The notes under the pieces were generated by a model. That model did no database searches, was not told where the DNA came from, and saw nothing but the letters and a program-made list of their open reading frames with translations. DNA of 64,000 nt, taken from assembly GCA_964016885.1 (NCBI GenBank), contig CAXHJY010000726.1:1-64000 (forward strand), in the 5' to 3' direction. The position numbers and the translations under genes are program-made. Below, one piece after another: positions 26,582-40,471 of the stretch (its first letter is position 1; each line of letters opens with the position of its first letter). The stretch is from Eledone cirrhosa. Taxonomy: Eukaryota.

Positions 26582-28400
26582 GAATTGTGGTAAGGAACCA
26601 GATGGACCATAACGCACCAGAGTACTCAATACTTAGGGTAATAGAGTGGGAAATAGGAAAAAGTATGACCCCGACGGCAGAACTCAAGCCGTTTCGACGG
26701 CTAATTTCTGGACTAAGAATGTTTAGCCTGGTGAATAAATAGCCGAACTTTTCAAGGGGGTACTTCCTTATATGGGAAGATTGTAGTTGTCAAGAGGATT
26801 GGTTAAAATTTGTTGTAAACACAAATAAGTCTATCATGGTATTTGGTAGGAGGTAGGGGTGGCTGAACTTGTCTGTAGAACAATAGGGGAGTGACTGGAG
26901 CGGTCAGGCATTGAAAGTGATATGTATACAGTAGATTCTAAGGCTAGTGTATGAAGTGGAGGACGGAGGTTATAGAATAGGTAAATCGAATGAGAGTAGG
27001 AGACAATAAAAGATAATAGAAAAAAAATATATATATATTATATTAGATAGGGAGAAATGAATAAAAGAATCACAATGCTATCTTACAATTACAGGTTAAT
27101 AAGTTGAGAATAGAAAAAACTTGTAGAAATTGAGTAGTACCAGAAGTGATACAGAATTAAAGGGGTTTAACACGTCTGCTATAAGTAGTTAGTAAAACGT
27201 ATTCGGCTAATTCTATCTTAAAATTACAGGGGTGGGGGAACTGATGCTACAGAGGCCCGATGGGCTGCATCGGGGTAGGCGAAGGGGAAAAGCAGACGAG
27301 GAAGAAAATAGGGGGTGGAAAGAAACAGGGGGAAGAAGAAGACAAAGAGGAAAAGAAAAGAAAAGAGATACATCTACCTAAGTAAGCTGGGGTTTCCCCT
27401 AACTTATTCGGCAAGTAGAGGGGTATCAGCCCTTGTCTACTCACCCGGGTCGTTATGGGGTTTGAGGGCGAGGTAAGTCATACGCAATCTGTGTTTGCAT
27501 GCGGTTACCAGTTCCTCTTTCTTGTTTAGGAGTTGGTCCTTCGAAAACAGCATTTGTAATGTTTCCTCCGAGCATAAGTTACACGGACGGCGTCCTCCCG
27601 TGTAAGAGTTAGCTTTGGACAGTGAGCTCCAAGTGAGATTGTAGGTTATATTATTATCTGGGAGGTCCCAGATGTGGACCGAAAGTGTAGTGGCCATGTT
27701 TCGGAAAGTATGTCGGTGTTGGTAGAGCCGGGTCTTGAAGTCACACGCGGTTAATCCTATATAAGATTTGTTGGATGTGTCCGTCCTCACGTTGCACTGG
27801 TAGATCACGTTACGTTCTCGGCATTTGTTGTTGAGGGGGCAGTAGATCTATCAGGGCAGTTACACCTCCTGGTCGGCTCTCCACTGATGTCTAGGTTATT
27901 TCTTCCATAGGGGTTGAGTTTTTTGTTGTTTGAGGAGACGATGTTTTGTGCGAAGTTAGGTGTGGTGCTGTGGGAGAGTTTGATGGTGTTTTTGTTGATT
28001 ATGTTGTGGTAGCGGTGTTGTAGTGGGAAGTGTTTTTCGAGGAGTCTAAAGAAGATTTTCCCGATAGGTGTTGCCACCTCGGTATTATGGGGAGGATTGA
28101 ACCACGTTACGTTGCGTGAGCGGCGGTGCCGCCTGCTGGATCCGCTAAGGGAAGCTGGATAAAAGGATATTTCCTCCCGGAAGCCAGTCCGCTTGAGGGC
28201 CTGTTGTAATAAGGCGCATGTTCGTCGAATATCTGCTCATTAGCGGACAAACGAGATATGCGGAGGGAGATGTTTTTAACCAGGTTATTGGTGATGTTTC
28301 TAGTATGGTTAGAGCGGCGGTGGATGTAGTGCAGGTTGTCGTTTGGTTTCCTATATGGGTAGTACAGATAATTTTCGAGGTTAAGGGTAACGTGGGTTCG
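26578..28400 (-). mobile_element. Penelope-like element (Naiad-type), 5'-truncated, with complete GIY-YIG remnant and 3' pLTR
   Basis: YYPYRKPND..SNH, WFNPP, NKNTIKLS, CNC..CPL..C, IYQC..SYIGLT..FKTRLYQH..LSVHIW..CNLCSEE..CKH. The 3' end abuts (TA)n. Confidence 0.92.
26669..26759 (-). ncRNA. Type I hammerhead-like fold with U3-A8 core (UUGAAAA)
   Basis: cccc-TTGAAAA-g..cggcta/tagccg..c-GAAA-cggc..gccGTC-gggg. Confidence 0.65.
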
Positions 28401-29739
28401 ATTCCAGCACATGCATAGTAGTTATTTCATCGACATGAAAGGAATAAAAAGCAAAATCGAAACCTCGAACTAATTTGACCTGCTCAAGCTAGTAGTCAAA
28501 TCACCTTCAAATCACACTCTATCATCTTAATGAAAAGATCTGTAATGTAGTCCTAAGTACACCTTTGATCATAGATCTAGTTGACAAGGTCTAACGTGGA
28601 GCTAAACAATAACAATATACCGTAGACACGCGAATAATAGCCAACATTTTGAGGGATGAAAAGTCTGGAATTCTCGCTGCATATTATAATTGTGTTATAC
28701 CAAATACCACCAGAACATAATTTCTTATATACAAACTGAACCGCATACTTTAATCATTCACTGTAATTCTTAGTTTTCTCTGTTTACATTTATTTATTCA
28801 AGTAGTCGTTTGGGGTTCTGTTACCGATACAATATTTTTTAATATAACTTGAATTTCAGCACTTCAAATGTAATATCTGTATAATAATCAATCGCTGAAA
28901 TTTAAACTCAAAAATCCATGACTAAAAAATATTACGGTACTATATAAAGCTATGAATATCGTAACTCCTACTTCTGTCTTTCTCAGAGCTTAAGCTTCAT
29001 GTCTACCCCCAACAGTCGGAAATCACTACAGTATAAACTATAAGTATTGACAGAATATGTGTGGAAATGGATTTGCTTTAAAAAAAAGCTAATTGGGGAA
29101 AAACATAAGAAGGGAGGCAGTTTTAAGGTAGAAGAATTTTAAAAGTATTAAAAAACGGGATTCCTCTAATTAGTTAACGGTTATAAATGTGACTCGACAC
29201 TGTTGAGTATTTAGTTCGGCTCTTAACTCTTTTTGTCACACAGACATCCTAAAACAGTCGCTCTATTGCTGATGCATGTTCTATTGATCTCGGGAACAAT
29301 GCAAAATGAGAATTCAGAACTGCCAGTCATAGAACCAAAGCAATTAGATGTTTTTACTTTTAGCGCTTGTGGTTACTCTCAGGCTGTTGATAAGCACAGT
29401 AAATAGAAAACATTTATTGACATTATTCTATGAATGGAGAAAATAAATCGATGGATCAACACAATTCAATATATCAAATAGGAGCATAAATCGATAAAGA
29501 AGCGCCATGTTGAGTTAAGGTAGAAGTTAATAGAAGAACGGAGAGATACACTTGCGGAAATTAAGTTTGTAGAGCTGCATTTTCTATTCAAACGGGATGG
29601 ATGGATGTATTTTTATAAACTCCATGGTTCAAGCATAATCTCCGGTATCAATGGCATTGAGCAGATGAGAGATAAATCTTCCCCTCGGCCGTCTACACAG
29701 ATGAATTTTCAACTTAGAATTACAAACCAATACAATTTG

Positions 29740-30030
29740 TGCTTGGATCCCGTACAGTCAAGATCGGAACCTCGGTGGCCCGCCCGAGGAAGGAGCCCCG
29801 CGAGTTGGGGTGGCTGTTGCTGTGGGTGTCACTGGCCATTGTCCACAGGAATGCTTTTGCGGTCTTGTCCGCGGGGCGCAGCCCCTCTACCACCGCGCCC
29901 TGGGCCCAGAGCCCAATCATCCTCCCCCTTCTACTTCCCATTCTTCTATGACACTAGAGTTGTTGCCATTCCCTTCCCGTTTTTATTCTTTCTTTTTCTC
30001 TTTTTTCTCTATACTTACGGCTTGTTAGTC
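29740..30030 (+). mobile_element. CRE-clade element 3' end fragment
   Basis: ORF 29739-29951 reads EPRELGWLLLWVSLAIVHRNAFAVLSAG, homologous to the 9800-9930 minus-strand end. Confidence 0.65.
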
Positions 30031-30233
30031 TGAGCAAATATATATATATATGGCATGTTTTGGGAATTTTAAATTTGGTGGCACCCTTCTCCTCTCTCTA
30101 GTTTTGATCATAGCTAATTTACTTGAGAGAGAGGGAGAGTGTGTGTGTGTGTGTGTATGAGAGTGTGTGTGTATATGTGTATGAGAGAGAGAGTGTGTGT
30201 GTGTGAGGGGGAGAGAGAGAGAGAAAGAATGCG

Positions 30234-30264
<31 letters not shown>

Positions 30265-30274
30265 GAGCAGAATC

Positions 30275-30398
30275 CATCTTGAAAGGAAGAAAGGCAAAGT
30301 TGCCTTGATTAGATTTGAACTCAGAGCGCAGAGATCCTAAATAAATAACACAAAGCAATCTAGCCGACGCCCGAACAGCTCTGTTAATTCGTCGCCTT
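30275..30398 (-). mobile_element. tRNA-derived SINE, 5' half
   Basis: GGCGACGAATTAACAGAGCTGTT..CTGAGTTCAAATC..CTTTGCCTTTC. Confidence 0.75.
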
Positions 30399-31909
30399 CT
30401 TCCAGACCTGGGGGGGTTATGAGCGGACATTCGTTTAAAATAAGATTTCATTTGTTGTTTTAATGTTGTGATAACTTTACTTTCCTCTTTCAAATGTTAT
30501 TCCCCAAATTAAAATCTCGTTCAAAATGAATTTCTTTGTTCTTTACTCTTTTATATCTTCACTGTGTTATGTTTTTCAACGCGTGGTGTTAACTGTTTGA
30601 ACTTTAGTTTTAATTTCATACAGTATAATGCGTAAATAGTATAATTTGTTGAACTAATTTTCAACTCATCGTAATTATATTACAATTTTCGGAGATATCA
30701 ATTCGCTTCAATTTTAACACTTATATTGCCATTTGCCTTCTGCTGTTTCGTAATATTTTTTTATCTTCCCCGTTTGTCCTCCAACTCAAACACGCTAAAT
30801 TTAATGTCACATAATTGTTTTTTTTTCTTTTGTCTCCGCCCCCCCCCCCATACTACTCTATAATTTCTTAACCATTTAATTCTCTTTATACAGTTTGTTC
30901 AGGCTTATATGTATTTATATATCTATATATATTGTTTGTTAAGTATCTTATGAACTCTACAATAATTTTCTTTTTACATCCATACCCTCCATAAGCCTTT
31001 AACTAATGGCGGAGTCGTACGTGTGCTGTTGTGACATACCATTTAACTCATATATATTAAAGTACGGGATGATTATGGCTGGAACTCCCTTGTTTATAAG
31101 CATGCTCGATCAAAGCTAACCTAGAACTAACAAGCAACAAAACTTCATTTTTTTCTTTTTACTCCCTATCCGCCTCTCTCCCTCTATCTATCCAGTGTCT
31201 GTATGTTCTAGTCGAACTAAAATTCAACTAACAAAACTCCCAGACTAATTCGTTGAAGTGAAATACCAGAATCAGACTTCAAAAACAAAAGCAAATGATT
31301 GTAGGGGGAAAGCTGGTACAATGCAAATTTCAAATACAACATTGGAGACTTGAGTAAAGTAAGAAACATAAACTGATACAACTCGTCGACAACACTACAC
31401 TTCATTTCTTTTCTTTTAAAAGGAAGTTCATAACTCGAAATATCATGAAATTTAAAGTAAAAGTTTATATTATTGTTTTGATTTTTTTCTTACTTTACTT
31501 TAGTTTTCATTCTTGTATTTCAAATTGGCACTATACCGGCTTTCCCAAAGCAACCAATACCATATATCTTGGGCAAATAACATTTACCATAAACCATGTG
31601 AGGGAAGTTGGATAGAAGGAAACTGTTTGGAAACTCGCCGGATGAACTGGAGCTGTAATTCAAAAGATCAGTCTTGTCATACACTGTAAATCTCTCCGAG
31701 AATTATGTCATGGAAACAAGTCTCTGTAAAAGGCTTAACCACATAAATGTTAATTTCATGAGTAGGCTGTTCTCTTGATCGAACAACTGGAACACTTATC
31801 CTCAAAACTGACGGAGGTTCATTGAAGGGAAATGACATAAAGAAAACAAAAATGTGGCAGGTTTCTGAGAAGGATGAATATTTTGTAATTTAATTCACGA
31901 GTATTTGAA

Positions 31910-32002
31910 TCTCTCTCTCTCTCTCTCTCTCTCTCTCCCCCCCTCTCTCTCCCTCACTCTTTCTCTCTCCACACACACACACACACACTCTCTCTCTCTC
32001 TC

Positions 32003-32094
<92 letters not shown>
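31910..32094. repeat. Compound (CT)n(CA)n(TA)n microsatellite
   Basis: Direct reading. Confidence 0.95.
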
Positions 32095-32097
<3 letters not shown>

Positions 32098-32217
32098 GAG
32101 GTTATATTTAATTTGTTGGGATACAACAAGCAAAATATTTTTATAACTGATTCCAACCAGAATGGTTGCATTTTTTAAGGGTATGTCAATATTTATTTAT
32201 AAAACTAACCTATATTA

Positions 32218-32283
32218 TATTTTATCTGATGAAAGTGCACCATAGTTTGCTCTGGTGGCCCTTGAAATATGTATAATGAAATA
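32218..32283 (+). ncRNA. Type I hammerhead ribozyme, canonical core
   Basis: tattttat-CTGATGA-aag..cacca/tggtg..ctt-GAAA-tatgtATA-atgaaata, with an 8-bp stem I. Confidence 0.8.
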
Positions 32284-32340
32284 AATATGGTTTTATAAAT
32301 ATAGTTTCCATTTGTTAATATATTGTATATATATATATAT

Positions 32341-32555
32341 AACGAAGGAAATGTGGTAATGAACCAGGTGGACCATAACGCACCAAAGTACTCAATACTT
32401 AGGGTAGTAGAGTGGGTAATAGGAACGAGTAAAACCCCGACGGCTGAGCTCAAGCCGTTTCGACGGCTAATTCTGGACTGCTAATTCGACGGCTAATTGA
32501 GTCCAGAATTAGCCGTCGAAACGGCTTGAGCTCAGCCGTCGGGGTCTTACTCGTT

Positions 32556-32560
<5 letters not shown>
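32341..32560. repeat. Solo pLTR end of the 26578 Penelope family, forming a 61-bp foldback (32419-32479/32500-32560). Another fragment lies at 34757-34850.
   Basis: Homologous to 26578-26714. The arms differ at about one position. Confidence 0.9.
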
Positions 32561-32592
<32 letters not shown>

Positions 32593-32628
32593 GAAAAGTA
32601 TAGAAATTATTGTAGCAAGAAGCCAAAA

Positions 32629-32674
<46 letters not shown>

Positions 32675-33125
32675 TTATATATATATATATGTATGTATGC
32701 ATTGTGTGTGTGTGTATTCATCAATGAATAATCAAGGGGTGTGTAGAGGACGTAGCAAAGATGGCTGTGCCCCTGCATGGCTTTTTCCCCGAGGGCTGGA
32801 ACAAAAAAAAAAAAAATATATATATATGTTATATCTGTTATATCTGTTATATGGTCTGCACCTCTTTTAGAGAGGAGCAGATCATACATTAATAGGTCTA
32901 AAAGTACAACTTTTATACAACTGATAAAAGTTTAAATTATCAATAACATCAACATTACTGATACTTACCAAAAACATGACCGGAATTTTTTATGAAATGC
33001 CATAATTCCCATAAGTACCTATTAAAATTTTGGAAATACCAGACCCGGGTTAAGCAGACTGGCATTGACCTATTACACGCTTCCTATTAAGTAATTTATT
33101 TTATCATGTATATTCTCCACACTAA

Positions 33126-33438
33126 GGCGGCGAATTGGCAGAGTTGTTAGAACGTCGGATAGAATGCTTTATGGTATTCGTTCCGGGTCTCTGCTCTCTG
33201 AGTTCAAATCCCGCTGAGGTCAACTTTGCCTTTCATCCTTTCGAAGTCGATAGAAAAAGTACCGGTTTAGTACTGGGCCGATTCTTCCTCTCACTTTCTA
33301 TCTTTCTCTGGAAGAATCTGCTGTACTCAGGCTTGGAGAGGGATGGGCTCCGCCTGGCTTGGAATGCGCAAGAAACGCAGCATGTCAGTCAATATGGCAC
33401 CCTACAACTCTATCAGGAGTTACGGGACCATACATACA
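33126..33438 (+). mobile_element. tRNA-derived SINE, long-tail subfamily (followed by an older SINE at 33474-33690)
   Basis: Homologous to 1932-2278. Confidence 0.9.
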
Positions 33439-33979
33439 TTCTCCAAAATACTTTATTGATATTATTCTGTTAAAGGCAGTGATTGGCGGAGTACTTAGGG
33501 CGTCGAACGAATGCTCACCAGAATTTCTTCCGGGTCTTTAGTTCAAATTCCAACGGAGGTTAGCTTTGGCTTTTATTCTTCCTGGGTTGATAAGATAAAA
33601 TACCAGTAATCTACTGATGTTAGTATAATTGATTTTCCCTCTTCTCTTAAAACTGTTGGCCTCGTACTTAACTTAGAAACCGTCATTATTCTACTATCCC
33701 ACGATGTATTTGTTTTCAAGACTTGAGTGAAGCTGTCTAGCTCAGCCAAGAGGGTTTAACTGAGCACTGATGATCATGACGCATGACAGGAAACCATCCG
33801 TACTTCCTCCAAAATTATATAAGTTGAAATGTATTCATAGAATGTCGCTGATCGTATATTGTTCGATGATTTACAGTCTTTTTAATACTATCCTTCGTAA
33901 CATCGTTTAAGATTTACAGTCACACATCCACATACACAAATACACTCTCTCACACTCCTATACACACATATCTAACGTC

Positions 33980-34258
33980 TAAAGTCTGTCTTAAGCCAGA
34001 AGGCTCATTTGGCCGGTGCTTATCACGGTTTCATGGCGTGAAGCGACTGAGAGTACAAGACTCCCCCCTGGACAGGACGCCAGTCCATCGCAGGGTTAAA
34101 CCTCCAGCTATTGCTGGTACTCATTTTCAGCTAAGTATACTGGAGCAACGTGAAATGAAGTGTTTTGCTCAAGAACACAACACGCAGCCCAGGAATCGAA
34201 CCCACAACATTATGATCGTAAGTCCAACACTCTTACCACTAGGCCACGTGCCCCCACT
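33980..34258 (-). mobile_element. CORE-type tRNA SINE with V-domain-like 3' part
   Basis: TGGCCTAGTGG, GGTTCGATTCC, TTCTTGAGCAAAACACTT and CCCTGCGATGGACTGGCGTCCTGTCCAGGGG. The 3' part recurs at 50395-50510. Confidence 0.85.
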
Positions 34259-35374
34259 TCACACACATATATATACATACATGTATATATCTATAATTAT
34301 GAATATATATTATCCTAGACTTGATTGGTCTTAAGTAGTGGTAGTTGTGGGTGTGTTAAGGAGGAAAAGGCAAGTACTGTGGCTATATTTTAAATTATCA
34401 ATTATTTAACGCTGGCGCCTTAGTACAATTAAATGTCATCTACTAAACTATTGTATATAAAGAAATATAAAATTAATCATATATATTAATGGTATAATGA
34501 ATCAAATGATACAGTGATGCAATAATTATACTCATATAACAGTATATTGATTGTAAAGTTATTGATAATTTGATGATGAGGCAAAATAAAATAATTCTAT
34601 TTTCCTTTTCATCTAACTATCCACAAGTGATAAAACACTTTAATGAAAGTACGTGTGTTTGTATAAATATATGGGATTTCTATGGGCTCAACTAGTATAT
34701 ATATATATATATACTAGCTGTTATATATACTGTTATATATATATATATATATATAGGAAGCGATTTTTCCTATTACCCACTCTACTACCTCAAGTATTGA
34801 GTACTTTGGTGCGTTATGGTCCACCTGGTTCCTTACCACATTTCCTTCGTTATATATATATATATATACTGTTATATATATATATATACTGTTATATATA
34901 TATATATAACATATTAAATTTAATTGAAAAACTCTATTTATGGGAGTATAAGCCAGGCAGATCCAAAAATGTTTTTGTCAATCTCTTTTATATATCGATC
35001 TCCCTACCATGGTTTATTTGTGGAAGAAGTAATTATTGGAAAAGTCTAATATTTGTCAGGGGAGTACTTCTTCAATTCAAAGAGACAATATTTATCATGA
35101 AATTCCACATACCGTTACCGATCCAGCATACTGTGCAAAACACGTTGTGTAATTGAACTGTTACATGAACAAATATTAGGACTTAATATGGACCGTGATA
35201 GGCTGACTGCTGTGAAGGTGTGCAAGCAAACTGACCAACGTAGGGAATGTACAAGAATGTATATGAATTTCTACATATACATACACACACACAGTAGCAA
35301 TCGAGCGGGACTGTGTAGAAAGCAGGTATTAGCGAATATGAACGTTGCTTTTATATTTCATTACTAGGTATGGC

Positions 35375-35716
35375 TGTAAGAGAAGTTGCTTAGATTCGGC
35401 TTCGATGATATGGTGATGCAACCGTAAACGGCTCAGCTACAAAATGTGAAGTCAATACGTGTGTGGAGGTGGATAGTGCCAGGAAGTGGTGGGAACGGAG
35501 TAAATGTTAAGAAACATTCAACACCGACGGCACCACAACCGTGGCACTGAGGAGTACCACGCGAACAAAGACAAGCGCGAAAGACGTGAGCCTTGGAATG
35601 TATGTCAGTGGTGTGTGCGAGCATGTGCACATACGCGTGCGTGCATCAGAAAGTATATATATATATATATATATATATCATCAGAAAGTATATATATATA
35701 TATGCATCAGAAAGTA

Positions 35717-35764
<48 letters not shown>

Positions 35765-36030
35765 GCACGCGTATGTGCACATGCTCGCACACACCACTGA
35801 CATACATTCCAAGGCTCACGTCTTTCGCGCTTGTCTTTGTTCGCGTGGTACTCCTCAGTGCCACGGTTGTGGCGCCGTCGGTGTTGAATGTTTCTTAACA
35901 TTTACTCCGTTCCCACCACTTCCTGGCACTATCCACCTCCACGCACGTATTGACTTCACATTTTGTAGCTTAGCCGTTTACGGTTGCATCACCATATCAT
36001 CGAAGCCGAATCTAAGCAACTTCTCTTACA
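35375..36030. repeat. 272-bp inverted duplication (35375-35646/35759-36030) with a (TA)n-rich spacer
   Basis: The arms differ at about three positions. Mirrored ORFs appear in the track. Confidence 0.97.
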
Positions 36031-36060
36031 TATATATATATATATATACAATATATATAT

Positions 36061-36120
<60 letters not shown>

Positions 36121-37282
36121 CGTTTGTGTTATCGTTCATTGTTTTTTTTGTTTTGTTTCTTTTTGTATTTACTACCACCTTCCACATAATGTTTATTTTG
36201 GCGTCTCTATTCTATTCCTATAACTACTTTCTTTATTAAAGACGTCAGGTTTAGTTTCAAATATTTGTGCTTCCATATTATTATAGTTGAGGGTGGAGAG
36301 AGTTTCTGCCTTTATAAGATGTTTCTAGTGGATAAACAAAGGTATTTCGTAAATGTTTATTAGTGAAAGCGTTATTAATACTATTGTGTAAGGCGTGGGT
36401 GGGCAGGATTGTTAGAGTGTCGAACAAAAATACTTTGCGCTACCTAATTACCACTTTCTACGATCGAAAGTACCAGTTAAATTTTGGGGGTCGATTTAAT
36501 CGACTTCCCCCTTCTTCCAAATTATTGTCCTTGTTTCAATGTTAGAAAGATTATTAACTATATTGTGGTTGTCACAATAGTAATTAATCTATTTCAGTAA
36601 TACACCTTTAACATGCTAATTATCTATTCTCTAAAGCATTATGGATCAAGAAAAACTTTAATTAAACAATTAAACATGCACTATACTTATACAGAATGTT
36701 GCAGTTGTGTAGCTTCTCCAAATAGCAATATACTATTAATCAGACAGGCCTGGAAGCTGCATGATATCAGAATTACTAGCTGTTTCACTGATGGGAGTTG
36801 CAGGTTGAACTTCTGATAACTTGAAGTTGAAAGAATTGGTGATTCTAAGACATTGCCTCCCAACTCATTATTCTTGGCTATCTTCTTGATGAAGTTGTTA
36901 TATATTCTTTTGACCTTTCCCTGTGTAGGTTGTCATGCAGTAAATGATAATTTACTAGCCTTTGTTATGTCATGTTGTTCTAGTCCTTTGATTAATTCAT
37001 CCGTCAATTCAATTAATTTACCAATAGTGTGTCTTTCAGTTATATCTTCATCTTTACTTCATCATCAGCGTGTTTTTTTTTTATTTTCAGGGTTCAAAAT
37101 CATATCTATAACTTCAGAGTCAGTTTAATGATACACAACATACATGATTTCGATAACATTCATCCACTGAACCAAACTTCCTTCATTAAGCTTACTTACT
37201 AAATAGCACGTTCAGCAGGATTTTGTGATTTCAAGTAACTCACGAATAACATTTATTTTTAATACTTGAAATCCTGTGAAGT

Positions 37283-37450
37283 CTTCTTCTTCTTCTTCTT
37301 GGGAAGGTTGTGGGGGCAGAGTCCTCAAGTACGCTTTCCAGCGGGTGTTGTCAGAAGCTAGCGTCTCCAATTGATCCGGTTAAATCCCTTTGAAAGACCA
37401 GCCAAGCTCATGGAACGGGGTCTACCCTTGGGTATCCTGCTGGTTTATTT
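37283..37450 (-). mobile_element. RTE-like 3' end with (GAA)n tail
   Basis: ILWAK..RIPKGRPR-like translation, followed by GAAGAAGAAG. Confidence 0.55.
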
Positions 37451-38200
37451 TGCCCACAAAATCTGTCCTCCGATTCTTTATGCCCGTAATATCGGAGGTG
37501 TGATCTTTCAATTCGGAGAAGTAGTGGCTCTACCGGGAGCAACTATCTGTGAAGTCTTTGCTGCGATTTCTATCAGATTAATTTTGAAACTTCAACGAAG
37601 GCGCCAACTTACAAAATCTCACCAATTGCTAATTTTACTTTTTCTCAGTCACTAGCAACAAACCAAAGCACATACCCCCTGTAAAAATTTTGCGATAAAT
37701 ATCTCAACAGAATTGTCTGAATTCACCCCATTTAGCATGCACTTAACGAAAAGTGAACGATATCTAACCTTCATTGAGTAGAGTATTCTTTCATCTTAGG
37801 ATGGGATAATACATATAGTTTTGTGGTCAGTCACTGTGGTATTTAGTTACGACTTTCTACGTTCTGAGTTCAAATCCCGTCAAGGTCATCATTGCAATTC
37901 ATCCTTCCAGTGTCGATGAAGTAAAGTACTAGTTAAGTATTGTGGTCGGTATAATCGACTTTGCCCTTCCTCCAAATTGCTGGCCTTGGGCCAATGTTAG
38001 ACAAGTTATCTATAGTGGCATTCACCTAGGAATTCACCTAATTCAATCACACACAATTAAACTACTAATTATGACTTCTGTGGACCGAATATGGAGAACT
38101 TTGCAGTTTTCAGGTGTACATGTGTAGTGGGGTAGTCACTAGTAGCTTACAGCTGTGTATTCTGACTACCTTATATTGTTTTATTATTATGGGGATTTTA

Positions 38201-38425
38201 AGGGCGGTGGATTGGTAGTGTCGGTAGAGCGTCGGATAATATGCTTTGCGGCATAGTATTATGGCTCTTTAAGCTCTGAGTTCAAATCCCGCCGAGGTTA
38301 GATTTGCCTTTCATCCATACGAGGTCGATAACATAAAGTACCAGTAATGCACTGGGCTCAATTTAATCACCCCCCTCCCCCCAAAAAAATTGTTGGTCTT
38401 GTGCCTAAATCAAAAACCATTATTA
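38201..38425 (+). mobile_element. tRNA-derived SINE (further copies at 37850-38000 + and 38800-38970 -)
   Basis: GGGCGGTGGATTGG..GAGTTCAAATCCCGCCGAGG..AAAGTACCAGT. Confidence 0.9.
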
Positions 38426-39354
38426 TGAGGGTTTCTTTAACCTCAATTGGTAAGGTTTCCCTAATGTGTATAACATCTTTATCTGCATTATCTACCGGCT
38501 ACCAACTTCACGAAGTCAACCACATACTCAACTGCTTCTTTATGGTTTGTAGACCGTTTTTCACATCTCACAATACACACAGAAATTATATAATTTTTCT
38601 TAAATCTTTGTAGCGATGCTTCCCTGTAATGACAGACATATTAAACAACAATTCAGGGTGTCCTATTAACGCATTCCTCGACAAGTGTGCTCCGTCACGC
38701 CGACGTTTAGGAAACCCTTCATCCGACAATCTATCAATCTTTTGCCAGCTTTCATAGTTTGTTTTTCAATGCCAATGTAGAGAAGACTCGTGGCTTAGGG
38801 CGGAGAGAAGAATTTTGATTAAATTGACCCTAGTACTTGACTGGTGCTTTATTTTATCAACTTTGGAGCTGAAAGGTAAAGTTGAACTAGGCGGAATTTG
38901 AACTCAGATCTTTATGAGCCGAAATAAATGCCACAAGACATTTCTTCTAACACTCTAACGGTTCCGCCAAACTGAAATTTCACTGACACTATCGTAGTAG
39001 CTATTATTACAATAGCGCTCATAACCCGATCAGGCCAAACGTAAAGTCAAAATAGCAACAGCAGCAATAACAACAGCGGCAGTAGTAACAACAACAGCAA
39101 TATCATTGTCGTCCTCATCATCATCATTAACAACAATAATTTTGCTGGAGTTCTGTCACTAATGTGTAATTCTTAGAATGAAGCTAACCTATTCTGATTG
39201 TAACTAATTCTCAAGATGCCATTTTCACAACGTTTTCTCCACTAAACAAACAAGAAAAAATCTTCCACTTGATATTTAATATTTGCTTCAAAACAAACAA
39301 GCAGGAGCTAAACGGTGTCGAGAAGTTAGCTTGGTGTTAAAGGTAAGGTACTGT

Positions 39355-39650
39355 GATTATAGTAGAGGTAGTAGTGGTGGAGGTTAGTGATATTAGTGGT
39401 GGTGATTAGTGATATTAGTGGTGGTGGTGGTGGTGGTGTAATGATACTGGTGATAGTGCTGGTTGTGGTCGTTGTTATCGTGGATGTAGTGTTAGTAGTG
39501 GAGGTTGTGGTGATGTTGCAGGTGATGGGGCGGTTGTTGATATTAGTAGTGGAGGTGGTAGTGATGGAGGTGGTGGTGTTAGAAGTAATGGTTGATGTGT
39601 TGTGATGATGGTGCTGCGGCGTTGGTTTTGGTTGGATGATGTTGATGGTA
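39355..39650. repeat. (GGT/AGT/GAT)n low-complexity tract
   Basis: Direct reading. It explains the Thr- and Val-rich ORFs. Confidence 0.9.
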
Positions 39651-39761
39651 GGGTTTGTTACTGCCTTCCGCATACCGTACTCAGTACTCAGTTCTGTTTT
39701 AATAGCATCACTCTGACATGAAAATGGAATCCTCTCTTGTAAGTGTCGTCGTTCTAATAAA

Positions 39762-40440
39762 CAGTGGCAGACTGGCCACGTTGCCCAATGTGGCCCACGG
39801 TAGCATTGCAAGAGCCCACAGTAGCATTGCAGGGCCGACTGTAGTATTTTAGGAGCCAATGCTTTGTTTTTAAAAAATACTTGAAATATAAGAGAAAGAA
39901 TAAAATTTTAAAAATAAATAAATAAAACAATTAAGCAAAGCATTTGGTCAACCAATTGCCCAGGGAATTAATAGCAACAAAATATATGATAGTGCAAATA
40001 GCTGAAATCAGTGGTTGTACATTTTACTAAATATAAAGCATTAATGCATGCATATATAGATACACACACACAAGTATATATATATATATACATATATACT
40101 TACACACGAACTACTGAGGAAATAATATTTGGTATATATGGGTTAAAGACATCTGTCAAAACAATTAGTGGTGAAGGTGGTATGTATACACACACACACA
40201 CACACACATGTATATATGTATATATATATATATTGAGTGTGTGTTAAAGACCAAAGGTCATTATTGAAAGTCTCTGGGTTTCGCAAAGTATATATTTTTT
40301 ATTGGAGAAGGTAAGATATTTTTCCACTTATGTATCTTTTGAAAATGTTATTTTTCATTACAAAAATTAAATGATAGCATTCTATATGTAGGTGGGACCC
40401 CTTCATCTGGCAACCAATATTTTTCGACCTAGTCCGCCAC

Positions 40441-40471
<31 letters not shown>

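Noticed and set aside
35548-35610. CTGAGGA...GAAA hammerhead-like motif in the palindrome arm
   Set aside because: Stems I and II and the NUH site could not be paired convincingly.
36600-37100. Possible integrase remnant on the minus strand
   Set aside because: Only one vague motif was found, which is not enough support.
39326-39859. 177-aa Thr-rich mucin-like ORF
   Set aside because: It starts inside a hAT MITE and runs through trinucleotide low-complexity DNA.
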